Positions 16,760 to 24,720 of a stretch of 52,541 nucleotides of DNA are shown piece after piece (within the stretch, counting starts at the first letter, position 1; each line of letters opens with the position of its first letter). This stretch comes from Candidatus Blautia pullistercoris (lineage in GTDB: Bacteria; Bacillota; Clostridia; Lachnospirales; Lachnospiraceae). The stretch spans positions 1-52,541 of the forward strand of contig DXFG01000023.1 in NCBI GenBank assembly GCA_019114545.1. Reading direction: 5' to 3'. Made by a program: the position numbers and the translations under genes. The notes under the pieces were generated by a model, which saw nothing but the letters and a program-made list of their open reading frames with translations, ran no database searches and was not told the origin of the DNA.

Positions 16760-17149
16760 TTATGCTGTCTTTGCTGCCGTATGGTCTGCCCCGGGCGGTG
16801 CCCGCAGACCATCTGTCAGCTCATATTTTTCCTGTCTGCTAAAATACCTATGATCCTTACATTCATAATATTTTTCCTCTGATGCCCCTGTCTCTATATA
16901 AGAAGGCTTCTGAGAAAAGTCAGGGAAGGAAAAATGCGCTCTTTTTTCTTTGGTCCAGAACAGTTTAACATCCTTGACCGTTAAAGGGGCAATAACCGCC
17001 GTCTTTTTTCCCTTTTCTTTGGAAGAAAAGGATTCCCCTTCACTTCCCAGATGTCCCGCCGGCATCTGAGAAGCAGAAAAATAATAACCGCTCTGAACAA
17101 ATAAAAGCATAAACAAAAAGACCACCCATATCTGTTTATGTCTTTTCAT
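16760..17149 (-). CDS. Small exported/membrane leader protein with a C-terminal RAPP motif (candidate arrest peptide)
   Basis: Basic N-region plus hydrophobic stretch (MKRHKQIWVVFLFMLLFVQSGYYFSA), polar spacer, GLRAPP at aa 114-119 of 129; SD-like GAGGG. It fills the gap between the promoter and mdh. Confidence 0.7.
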   Translation of the reverse strand: MKRHKQIWVVFLFMLLFVQSGYYFSASQMPAGHLGSEGESFSSKEKGKKTAVIAPLTVKDVKLFWTKEKRAHFSFPDFSQKPSYIETGASEEKYYECKDHRYFSRQEKYELTDGLRAPPGADHTAAKTA

Positions 17150-17199
17150 AAAGTAACGTCCCTCGCAGAATTTGATCTTATTTTACTTTATTTAACATT

Positions 17200-17254
17200 T
17201 TGTTAAAAATTTCACTTTTTAAACAAGTCTATCATAAATAGATAGGGATGTCAA
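17200..17254 (-). promoter_or_regulatory. sigmaA promoter with a putative Rex operator
   Basis: TTGACA (17254-17249), 17 bp, TAGACT (17231-17226) with extended TG. TTGTTAA-AAAT-TTCACTT at 17200-17217. Confidence 0.7.
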
Positions 17255-17277
17255 TTTTTTTGTACAGAAAAAAATAC

Positions 17278-17307
17278 AAAAAGGCTGCCCTCCGGACAAC
17301 CTTTTTT
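17278..17307 (-). terminator. Terminator after the HMA gene
   Basis: Minus strand AAGGTTGTCC-GGA-GGGCAGCCTT followed by TTTGTATTTT. Confidence 0.7.
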
Positions 17308-17327
17308 CACCCTTTGTCAGCCCCGCT

Positions 17328-17546
17328 TTATAAGAAAATTTCACAGTCATCTTCTACTTTTTTGCAGTTTTTCAAAACCTCCTGCATAACTGTTTTCGGC
17401 TCATGGCCTTCTTCAAATTCCACCTGCATTTTCAGCGTCATAAAATTAACAACTGCATTTTTTACACCAGCGGTTTTCTTTGCCGCATCTTCCATTTTGT
17501 TGGCACAGTTTGCACAGTCCACATCGATCTTATAAGTTTTCTTCAT
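17328..17546 (-). CDS. Heavy-metal-associated (HMA) domain protein
   Basis: 72 aa with DCANCA CxxC motif; SD GAGGAG. Confidence 0.88.
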   Translation of the reverse strand: MKKTYKIDVDCANCANKMEDAAKKTAGVKNAVVNFMTLKMQVEFEEGHEPKTVMQEVLKNCKKVEDDCEIFL

Positions 17547-17583
17547 TGTGATCTCCTCTCCGATTACTCTTTATCGTTTATTT

Positions 17584-17641
17584 AATTAAACAATCTTTTA
17601 ATTGTTGACTATACTTTACTTCTGAATGTATAATAAGTCAA
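17584..17641. promoter_or_regulatory. Overlapping divergent promoters with an ArsR/SmtB-type operator
   Basis: Inverted repeat AATTAAA-n6-TTTAATT (17584-17603). Plus strand TTGACT-18-TATAAT (17605-17634); minus strand TTGACT-17-TAAAGT (17641-17613). Confidence 0.6.
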
Positions 17642-17717
17642 GAGGAACATCCGCCCTTCTTCTATTTGGGCGAAAACTATTTCCAAATGGAACAATTTTA
17701 ATTGCGAGGGATGCATT

Positions 17718-18080
17718 ATGAAGAATCAGAGTTTACCCCATGATCATGGATATAACGAAGAAAAAGTCGCACAGCATATGCCTACAGAAAATGAGATCGC
17801 CGGTGTTTCCGAGGCAATGAAGCAGCTGGGAGATCCCAGCCGGCTGAGGATTTTCTGGCTGCTGTGTCATTGTGAGGAGTGTGTACTGAATATTGCCGCT
17901 CTGGTAAATATGAGCAGTCCTGCAGTTTCCCACCATCTGAAACTGTTAAAAAGCAGCGGTCTGATCGTCAGCCGCAGAGAAGGGAAGGAAATGTATTACC
18001 GCACAGCCGACACGGAACTGGCCCAGGTCCTTCACCATACCATAGAGAAGCTGGGGAAGATCACCTGTCCTGAAAGCTAG
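17718..18080 (+). CDS. ArsR/SmtB-family metalloregulator
   Basis: LGDPSRLRI, CHCEECV, SSPAVSHHLKLLK, RREGKEMYY; N-terminal PHDHG. Confidence 0.92.
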   Translation: MKNQSLPHDHGYNEEKVAQHMPTENEIAGVSEAMKQLGDPSRLRIFWLLCHCEECVLNIAALVNMSSPAVSHHLKLLKSSGLIVSRREGKEMYYRTADTELAQVLHHTIEKLGKITCPES

Positions 18081-18110
18081 TGTTTTAAAAGTTTGAAGGA
18101 GTTTTGCTGT

Positions 18111-19142
18111 ATGGAAAAAGAAATCTATTGCCAATTGAAGAGAATCCTGGAACCGGTAGAGCCTGGAAAAGTTCTTTTCCTGCATCATGACCCTCATTCA
18201 GGATCAGCGGAAAAACAACTTTTAGCTCTTCCGGATTCCGGAAATACCAGGGTGATGCTGGAACACTTCGATTTATATCCGGGAATCGGAATCACTTTTA
18301 GCTGCTGTATCGGACAAAAGCTGTCCTTTTCACACACCCACGAGCCTTGTGTCCTGAAGGTGGACCACTGTAATCTGGGGCGGATCGGCTGGAATATGGA
18401 AAACGGTCAGAGTCTTTATATGGGAAAAGGCGACCTGGCGGTCCACGCAAGAGCCGCATGTAAAGAATCAAACACAGAAATCACCTTTCCTCTTGGGTAT
18501 TACGAAGGCATTACCGTCTCCCTGGATCTTGATATTTTAGGAAAGACCCTGCCTTCGCCGCTGAATGAGGCCGGCCTCAAGAAAGAACTTCTCTTCCATA
18601 AATTCGGAACCTCCCGGGAAATTTTTTCATTTCCTGCCAATCCCAAAGCTGAGCACATTTTTTCAGAGCTTTATGATCTGCCCCAGGAAATGAAATCCCC
18701 CTACTTAAAATTAAAGTGTCAGGAGCTTCTATTGTTTCTTTATATGGAGGATCCCTTCCTGGGAAAAGCAGTGGACCCCTATTACTCAGACCAGGTCGAT
18801 GTGATCAAGTCCGTCCACAGCCTTATCACAGAGAATCTTTCACAACGGTTTACCATTGAAGAGCTTTCAAAAAAATATCTTATAAACAGCTCTGCGTTAA
18901 AAAACATTTTTAAGTCTGTATATGGCCTTCCCATTGCCTCCTATATGAAAGAGTACCGTATCCGTCAGGCAGCGGCCATGCTCCGGGAATCCCAGGACAG
19001 CATTGCTTCCATAGCCCGCCGGGTAGGCTATGAAAGTCAGAGTAAATTTACAAGCGCTTTTAAAAGCGTTATGAATGACCTTCCTACAGATTACAGAAAA
19101 CAATATCAAAGAGAAAACTGCCGGAAAGATACCCGCAGGTAA
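18111..19142 (+). CDS. AraC-family transcriptional regulator
   Basis: C-terminal HTH FKSVYG...IARRVGYESQSKFTSAFK..P..YR. ATG 18111 follows AAGGAG. Confidence 0.9.
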   Translation: MEKEIYCQLKRILEPVEPGKVLFLHHDPHSGSAEKQLLALPDSGNTRVMLEHFDLYPGIGITFSCCIGQKLSFSHTHEPCVLKVDHCNLGRIGWNMENGQSLYMGKGDLAVHARAACKESNTEITFPLGYYEGITVSLDLDILGKTLPSPLNEAGLKKELLFHKFGTSREIFSFPANPKAEHIFSELYDLPQEMKSPYLKLKCQELLLFLYMEDPFLGKAVDPYYSDQVDVIKSVHSLITENLSQRFTIEELSKKYLINSSALKNIFKSVYGLPIASYMKEYRIRQAAAMLRESQDSIASIARRVGYESQSKFTSAFKSVMNDLPTDYRKQYQRENCRKDTRR

Positions 19143-21271
19143 TAGAGGAAACGTCTTGTTGCAGGTATTTTTGAAAGTATATAGGATCTTATCTTCAGGC
19201 AGCCTGTATAAGCTGCCTGATAATTTTCTCCTGAAAACTCCTCAGGATTTCCATAAGCCGCCTCTCTGGCAGTTCTCACGATCTGTTCTGCCTCTTCTTC
19301 AGACACCGCCGGTATTTCTTCGGCAAGTTTCTGCCCAAAATCTTCCTCCCAACCCTGATAACTTTTCATCCTGCCGGAAAAATGCAGATCAAAGAGCAGT
19401 TGGTCAAAAAGCCTGCCCATGCCGCCTTTTCGGATCCACAGATCTCTTTTTTTATAACTCCGGTACAAAATCGCACAGAGAACCGCCAATGCTGCACCTC
19501 CAAAACCTGCCAGTTTTCCCTGAATCTTCCAGTCTGTCTCAGGCAGAGATCCTGCATTTTCTGCCTCCTGAACTTCCTCTTCTTTCTCTTGCTCCCGGTT
19601 CTGAAGGCTTGGGACTGCCATATTCCATTCCCTGTCTGCCACAATCTCCTGGAACATCTGTGCATCAAATCCCGGATAATGGACAGAATCGCCGTTTCCT
19701 GAAGGTGTCACCTCCACAGGAGTCCATCCATAGTCATGGATGAAGATTTCCGGCCAGGCATGTGCAGAGACATCTGTTACAACTGCCCGCCAGGTTCCGT
19801 CCTCCTGTTGTTCAAAGTCTGAAGGCGAAACCGCATAGCCGGAGGCATATCTGGCAGGTATCCCGTAAAGCCGGTACATCAGTACTGCTGCAGAAGCAAA
19901 GTGCTGACAGTACCCTTCTTTTCCCTGAAACAGGAAATATTCTACAGGATCTTCGTTAAAAGGAAACATCCCCGGTGTCCTGGTGTAGGATGTATTACTC
20001 TGGAGGGTATAGAGGATAAAAGAAGTGATATGATCCAGATCTTCCATTGGATTTTCTCTGCACAGATCTGTCAATCTGGGGATTTCTTCCACAGGAACCT
20101 GGGTGTAGATCCCCACCGCTTCTTTTTCATAGGCCGCCTGGACCTCCTGATACATATCCCCGTTATCTGCAAAAAATGTCTGAATATTATCCCACCGGAT
20201 ATCCATCTCATCCTGCTGAAAATAACGAAAGCCATAGAGATCTTCTGCATATCTCTGGTTATTTCTGCTCCACATACTGTAATAGGGAGCATACCAGTCT
20301 CCTCTCCAGCCGTTCAGATAGCGAACTGCCAGAACCCTGTCTGAAACACCCTCTTCCATGCCTTTCATATTCTGATTCATCACAAAATAAAGGCTTTCAT
20401 AGATACCCGGTATCCAGCTTTCCCACTGTCCCCAGTGAAGGCTGTTCTCCTCCATTAAGGCATAGATTTCCTCATCCCGGTCTTCCTGCCATTCTCCTCC
20501 TTCATAGTCACCTCCGCTGAATCCTCTCAGATATAAGGTTTCCGTAGGCATTTCTTCGGTGACCAGCTCCAACTGTTCTCTGCCTGTGGGATAGAGATTT
20601 CCCCGGCTCACTCTCCCGTCAGAGGCGTTCAGATCTAATCCGGTAATCTGTTTCACCGTTCTCTGAAGGACTCCTTCCGCACCATAGGCAGCCTGGTACA
20701 GTCCTTCTCCCTGGAAAGATACAATGAGAAAGGCTATGAAAAAGATCCCGGCAAAGCCCAGGAATACCCCAATGCTGATTTTGTTTTTCAGAAGATCCCT
20801 ATTTTTAGAAGCAAGCTTCCTGGCTCCTGTCATTGTCCAGAACACAAGCTGAAAAACCGTCATCAGGAAAACAGATCCGCTTCCCGGGGTATGGCCCAAT
20901 AGAGGAGCCAGAAGAAGTAAAAAGGTAATAACAAGGTAAAGTATTCCGTGGGCATGGAGAACAAATTCAAAGAAAAATCCTATCCATATCAAAAGGATTG
21001 CCAGAAGGATCCCTGCTCCTGTAACTTCTGCAGGTCCTTCCTGCAGACTGCCCCAAACTCCCCGGAAAACATCAAAAAATTCCTCTCTCAGGCTTCTGCT
21101 TGCTGCAAGCAGCAGAAGAACCCCGGCTGCTGTTATTCCCATTCCGATACCTGCATAGATCTTCCGGGCCTGTTTTAATAATACCCAGAGAAAGATCCCG
21201 GTCACAGCTGCAGCCAGATTCGCCATCCAGGAGGTAAACTCCAGATCTTCCACAGAATAGAGGAAGAACAA
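19106..21271 (-). CDS. Membrane protein with a transglutaminase-like (Cys-His-Asp/Glu) domain; true 5' end probably further upstream
   Basis: Multiple N-terminal TM segments, GYCQHFASA, HAWPEI..GW..VE, C-terminal TM. Confidence 0.88.
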   Translation of the reverse strand: MFFLYSVEDLEFTSWMANLAAAVTGIFLWVLLKQARKIYAGIGMGITAAGVLLLLAASRSLREEFFDVFRGVWGSLQEGPAEVTGAGILLAILLIWIGFFFEFVLHAHGILYLVITFLLLLAPLLGHTPGSGSVFLMTVFQLVFWTMTGARKLASKNRDLLKNKISIGVFLGFAGIFFIAFLIVSFQGEGLYQAAYGAEGVLQRTVKQITGLDLNASDGRVSRGNLYPTGREQLELVTEEMPTETLYLRGFSGGDYEGGEWQEDRDEEIYALMEENSLHWGQWESWIPGIYESLYFVMNQNMKGMEEGVSDRVLAVRYLNGWRGDWYAPYYSMWSRNNQRYAEDLYGFRYFQQDEMDIRWDNIQTFFADNGDMYQEVQAAYEKEAVGIYTQVPVEEIPRLTDLCRENPMEDLDHITSFILYTLQSNTSYTRTPGMFPFNEDPVEYFLFQGKEGYCQHFASAAVLMYRLYGIPARYASGYAVSPSDFEQQEDGTWRAVVTDVSAHAWPEIFIHDYGWTPVEVTPSGNGDSVHYPGFDAQMFQEIVADREWNMAVPSLQNREQEKEEEVQEAENAGSLPETDWKIQGKLAGFGGAALAVLCAILYRSYKKRDLWIRKGGMGRLFDQLLFDLHFSGRMKSYQGWEEDFGQKLAEEIPAVSEEEAEQIVRTAREAAYGNPEEFSGENYQAAYTGCLKIRSYILSKIPATRRFLYYLRVSFRQFSL

Positions 21272-21419
21272 CAGTCCATATATCCCCGTAAAGAGAAAAA
21301 GAAGACTGATAAAGCTGTCTGCAGTTGCGGGTATGTTCCGGTATTTTCTCTCTTTTATCCTTTTCCCTATTATGATCCTGACGCCTCCCTTTTGTATAAA
21401 TCCATCCTGACCTTTCCTC

Positions 21420-22490
21420 TTATGAAAGGATGATCTTTGTTTCTTTCAATTCTCTTTCACAATTTTCCAGACTGAATCTATGTATGCATTGCTCTTTATA
21501 ATAGATTTCCCTGTTCAGATTTAAAGTAAAATCTTCCATGAAATTTTTTCCGGAAGGTCTCTTGATAAAAAGAATTTCCTCCCTGTCGTAAAGAAGCAGG
21601 AGCAGATCCATACACGCCTCTTCTGTTGTTACCCTGCGGTATAAAGACCGTTTCTGAGCGTCTGTCCACTTTACCCTTACAGCTGCTTTTTCCTTCAACA
21701 CTCCCAGCAAAAAAGCGGAAAGAATCTGATAGAAAGCACTCATCTCCTCTGGCCCGGGTTCCTTCTCCCCGGAAAAATCCAGATAAAGAGAAACCCCTTC
21801 TTCCTCTTCTTTTTGAAACTCCTTGACCAGGAGCTTATCTGTCCTGGCACTCTGTTTCCAGTGAATCCCTCTTACCAGATCTCCCGGCGCATATTCCCGC
21901 AGCTGGCGGATTTCCCCGCCGGAGCTTCTCTCAGGCCGTAAGGCCCCTTCTCCCTGTCCCTGGTTTTCCCAGGTATCCGCTTCTGAAAAGATCACCGTTA
22001 GCGGCTGGGAGGAAGGCAGCACGGCAATTTCTGCTTCCTGATTTTCTTTCACTCTGGAGTGAAACAGAGACAGGTAGTCATATACCTGTTTTTGTTCCAG
22101 GGAAATATACAATTTTCCGCACCACTTCGCTTCCAGCTGCAGCTCCTCTTCTTCTCTTTTTTTACTGTCTATACTGCCGTCATAGGGAAAACTCTTTCCT
22201 TTACGGCTTTTTTCATAGCTGCTGTAAAACTGCAGCCGATATCTTCCTAAGGGAAGAATGGATCTGTTTTCTGTCCATATTTGCACAGAAATCCTGTCCT
22301 TTTTTCTCACAGTCTCTTTTTTCCTGCAGAAGCCTGCCTGGAAATTGTTCCTGAAATATCTGGTCATAAGAAACAAAAGCAGGAGCAGAAAAAGCTGGGC
22401 CACAGAAAGAGCCATAAGAGATGGGATACGGTACATGGCAGCCATATACCAGATCAGGAAGATAAAGAGGATAAAGAAAAACCGCTTCAT
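21420..22490 (-). CDS. DUF58 domain protein
   Basis: LREYAPGD..R.IHWKQSAR..L.VKEF; N-terminal TM pair. Confidence 0.9.
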   Translation of the reverse strand: MKRFFFILFIFLIWYMAAMYRIPSLMALSVAQLFLLLLLFLMTRYFRNNFQAGFCRKKETVRKKDRISVQIWTENRSILPLGRYRLQFYSSYEKSRKGKSFPYDGSIDSKKREEEELQLEAKWCGKLYISLEQKQVYDYLSLFHSRVKENQEAEIAVLPSSQPLTVIFSEADTWENQGQGEGALRPERSSGGEIRQLREYAPGDLVRGIHWKQSARTDKLLVKEFQKEEEEGVSLYLDFSGEKEPGPEEMSAFYQILSAFLLGVLKEKAAVRVKWTDAQKRSLYRRVTTEEACMDLLLLLYDREEILFIKRPSGKNFMEDFTLNLNREIYYKEQCIHRFSLENCERELKETKIILS

Positions 22491-23437
22491 TTTTTCTCCC
22501 CCGGCCTGGGAGGCCTTACGGCTTTTAGAATCTCCCGAATCACCTGCTCTTTTGAGATGTCTTCCAGTCTGGCTTCTGTAGTCAGTCGGATCCTATGCCG
22601 GATAATATAGGGAAACTGCTCCATGACATCCCCCGGAACCACATAGCTGCGTCCCTCCAGCCAGGCCGCTGCTCTGGACATACAGACCAGAGCAATGGTG
22701 GCCCTGGGGCTTCCTCCTCTCTCCACATTGGAATTTTCCCTGCTGGACCTCACCAGTCCTACAATATAGCGGAAAACTTCCTCACTGATATAAATTCCGC
22801 TCACTTCTCTCTGAATATCTAAAAGCTGTTTTCCATTCATTACCGGAGTAAGTCCTTCCAGACGGTTCTTGTCTGTAATTCCCATGGCCATCGCCAGTTC
22901 ACTTTCAAAGTCCGGATATCCGATGGAAAGTTCCACCATAAAACGGTCCACCTGGGCCTCCGGAAGCTGCTGGGTTCCCGCACTTCCCAGAGGGTTCTGG
23001 GTGGCAATGACCAGAAAAGGCGCCGGCACTTCTCTGGTAACCCCTTCCACTGTAACCTTTCTCTCTTCCATAACTTCCAGCAGTGCGGACTGAGTCTTTG
23101 GAGAAGTCCGGTTGATCTCATCCGCCAAAAGCAGGTTACAGAAAATACTTCCCTGCTGATAGACAAACTTCTCCTCCTCTCTCCGGTATATAGAAAACCC
23201 GGTAAGGTCTGAGGGAAGCACATCCGGGGTGAACTGCACTCTCTTGTAATCCAGAAGCATGGTCCGGGAAAAGGCTACTGCCGTCGTGGTCTTTCCCACT
23301 CCCGGAATATCCTCCAAAAGTACATGTCCTTTTGCCAGAAAGGCCAGCATGACCTCCCGTATCTCCTCTTCCTTTCCCAGGATCACTTGGTTTACCTGTT
23401 CCAATACCTGCCGTATGGTTTTTAAATTTTCCTCCAA
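22487..23437 (-). CDS. MoxR-family AAA+ ATPase
   Basis: EDIPGVGKT, RVQFTPDVLPSD, LADEINR, ATQNP, SPRA; TTG start with GGAGG. Confidence 0.95.
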   Translation of the reverse strand: MEENLKTIRQVLEQVNQVILGKEEEIREVMLAFLAKGHVLLEDIPGVGKTTTAVAFSRTMLLDYKRVQFTPDVLPSDLTGFSIYRREEEKFVYQQGSIFCNLLLADEINRTSPKTQSALLEVMEERKVTVEGVTREVPAPFLVIATQNPLGSAGTQQLPEAQVDRFMVELSIGYPDFESELAMAMGITDKNRLEGLTPVMNGKQLLDIQREVSGIYISEEVFRYIVGLVRSSRENSNVERGGSPRATIALVCMSRAAAWLEGRSYVVPGDVMEQFPYIIRHRIRLTTEARLEDISKEQVIREILKAVRPPRPGEKK

Positions 23438-23593
23438 TCCTTTTCCTCCTGCCTTCTGTCTTTTCCTGCATTTACTTTTATTCTATAAAACAGTATAGTC
23501 TCCCATCGAAACCAGGTCTAATACCTGTTGAGAATATCTTAAAATTACAAAAAAGCATAGATATACCAGTCTCCATGATAAATAAAGTATACA

Positions 23594-23625
23594 AAAAAAG
23601 GAGCCTCTAAAGAAGTTCCTTTTCG
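23594..23625 (-). terminator. Terminator after recU
   Basis: Imperfect AAGGAACTTCT/AGAGGCTCCTT stem followed by a T run on the minus strand. Confidence 0.6.
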
Positions 23626-23650
23626 TTTTTCAGTATATACCCCCAGGTTT

Positions 23651-24184
23651 CTATTCTCTGCTCTCCAGATCTCTCTGGATTCCCTCCAGAAAAGGTACCA
23701 GAACATTTCCTTTTCTTTCCAGAAACCATTGGGGTTCCAGTTCCTGATATTTAAAATTTTTGGGGCCTCCCTGCTGTCCCCGCTGCCAGAAGCGGTACAT
23801 CTGCCGGAAGGTCAGATAATAGATCTCATCTCTGTGAGAAAAATACAGGATCAGAAAAGCCACTCCCTGCTGTCCCTCAAAGTCTTTCATAAAGTCTACC
23901 TGGTGCTGGTGGATGTTCTGAAGAGGGAATACATCCACTGCACACTCCTTTGCATCAAAGCATACCGGTATTCCCTGGACAGCGCCGATATAATCCACGG
24001 TACTTTTCTTTTCAAAGTAGGCCAGAGTAATATGCCGGCTCTTCTGATCGATCTGCACCGGGGTAATAGGGGTAGGCACTTTCTGGATCAGAGCCAGTCC
24101 CTTTTCCCGATACAGCTGACAGGTATGATTGATAAATTCTTCCAGAGTAGATCCTCTCAGTCCTCTGGAATTCCAGGTTCCCAT
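23651..24184 (-). CDS. recU: Holliday junction resolvase RecU
   Basis: RGSTLE, KVPTP, STVDYIG, FDAKE, HQHQ. Confidence 0.95.
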   Translation of the reverse strand: MGTWNSRGLRGSTLEEFINHTCQLYREKGLALIQKVPTPITPVQIDQKSRHITLAYFEKKSTVDYIGAVQGIPVCFDAKECAVDVFPLQNIHQHQVDFMKDFEGQQGVAFLILYFSHRDEIYYLTFRQMYRFWQRGQQGGPKNFKYQELEPQWFLERKGNVLVPFLEGIQRDLESRE

Positions 24185-24195
24185 CCAACTGCCTC

Positions 24196-24720
24196 CTACT
24201 CCAGGAATTTGATCCCCGGGAAATATTTCAGCACCGCTTTTCCCAGGATCGCATCCCGTTCCACAAATGTATTCTGCCAGAAACGGGAATCCTTAGAATT
24301 ATTCCGGTTATCCCCCAGCATAAAGTAGCAGTTTTCCGGAACTGTGTAAGGCCCGTAATTTCCCGTAGGCGTCTCCGGTGTAAAACTGTCGTCCAAAGGA
24401 GTCTCGGAACCGTCAATATAGACCTTGCCGTCTATGATCTCCACAGTTTCCCCCGGAAGTCCGATGATCCTTTTGATAAAAAGCTGGCTTTCATCATCCG
24501 GATACCGGAAGATCACGATATCAAACCTCTGAGGATCTCCCAGCACATAGGCCAGGCGGTTTCCGAAGATCCGGTCTCCGGTCATAATGGTGTTTTCCAT
24601 AGACGGTGAGGGGATCTTTGCATTGATGATCAGGAAATTATTTACTACCAGCACAAAGATCAGCACAAAGATGATCATTTTTATATATTCCCACAGTTCT
24701 TTTCCGATGGATTTCTTCAT
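24196..24720 (-). CDS. lepB: Signal peptidase I
   Basis: SPSMENT, FIKRIIGLPGE, GDNRNNSKDSR. Confidence 0.95.
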   Translation of the reverse strand: MKKSIGKELWEYIKMIIFVLIFVLVVNNFLIINAKIPSPSMENTIMTGDRIFGNRLAYVLGDPQRFDIVIFRYPDDESQLFIKRIIGLPGETVEIIDGKVYIDGSETPLDDSFTPETPTGNYGPYTVPENCYFMLGDNRNNSKDSRFWQNTFVERDAILGKAVLKYFPGIKFLE

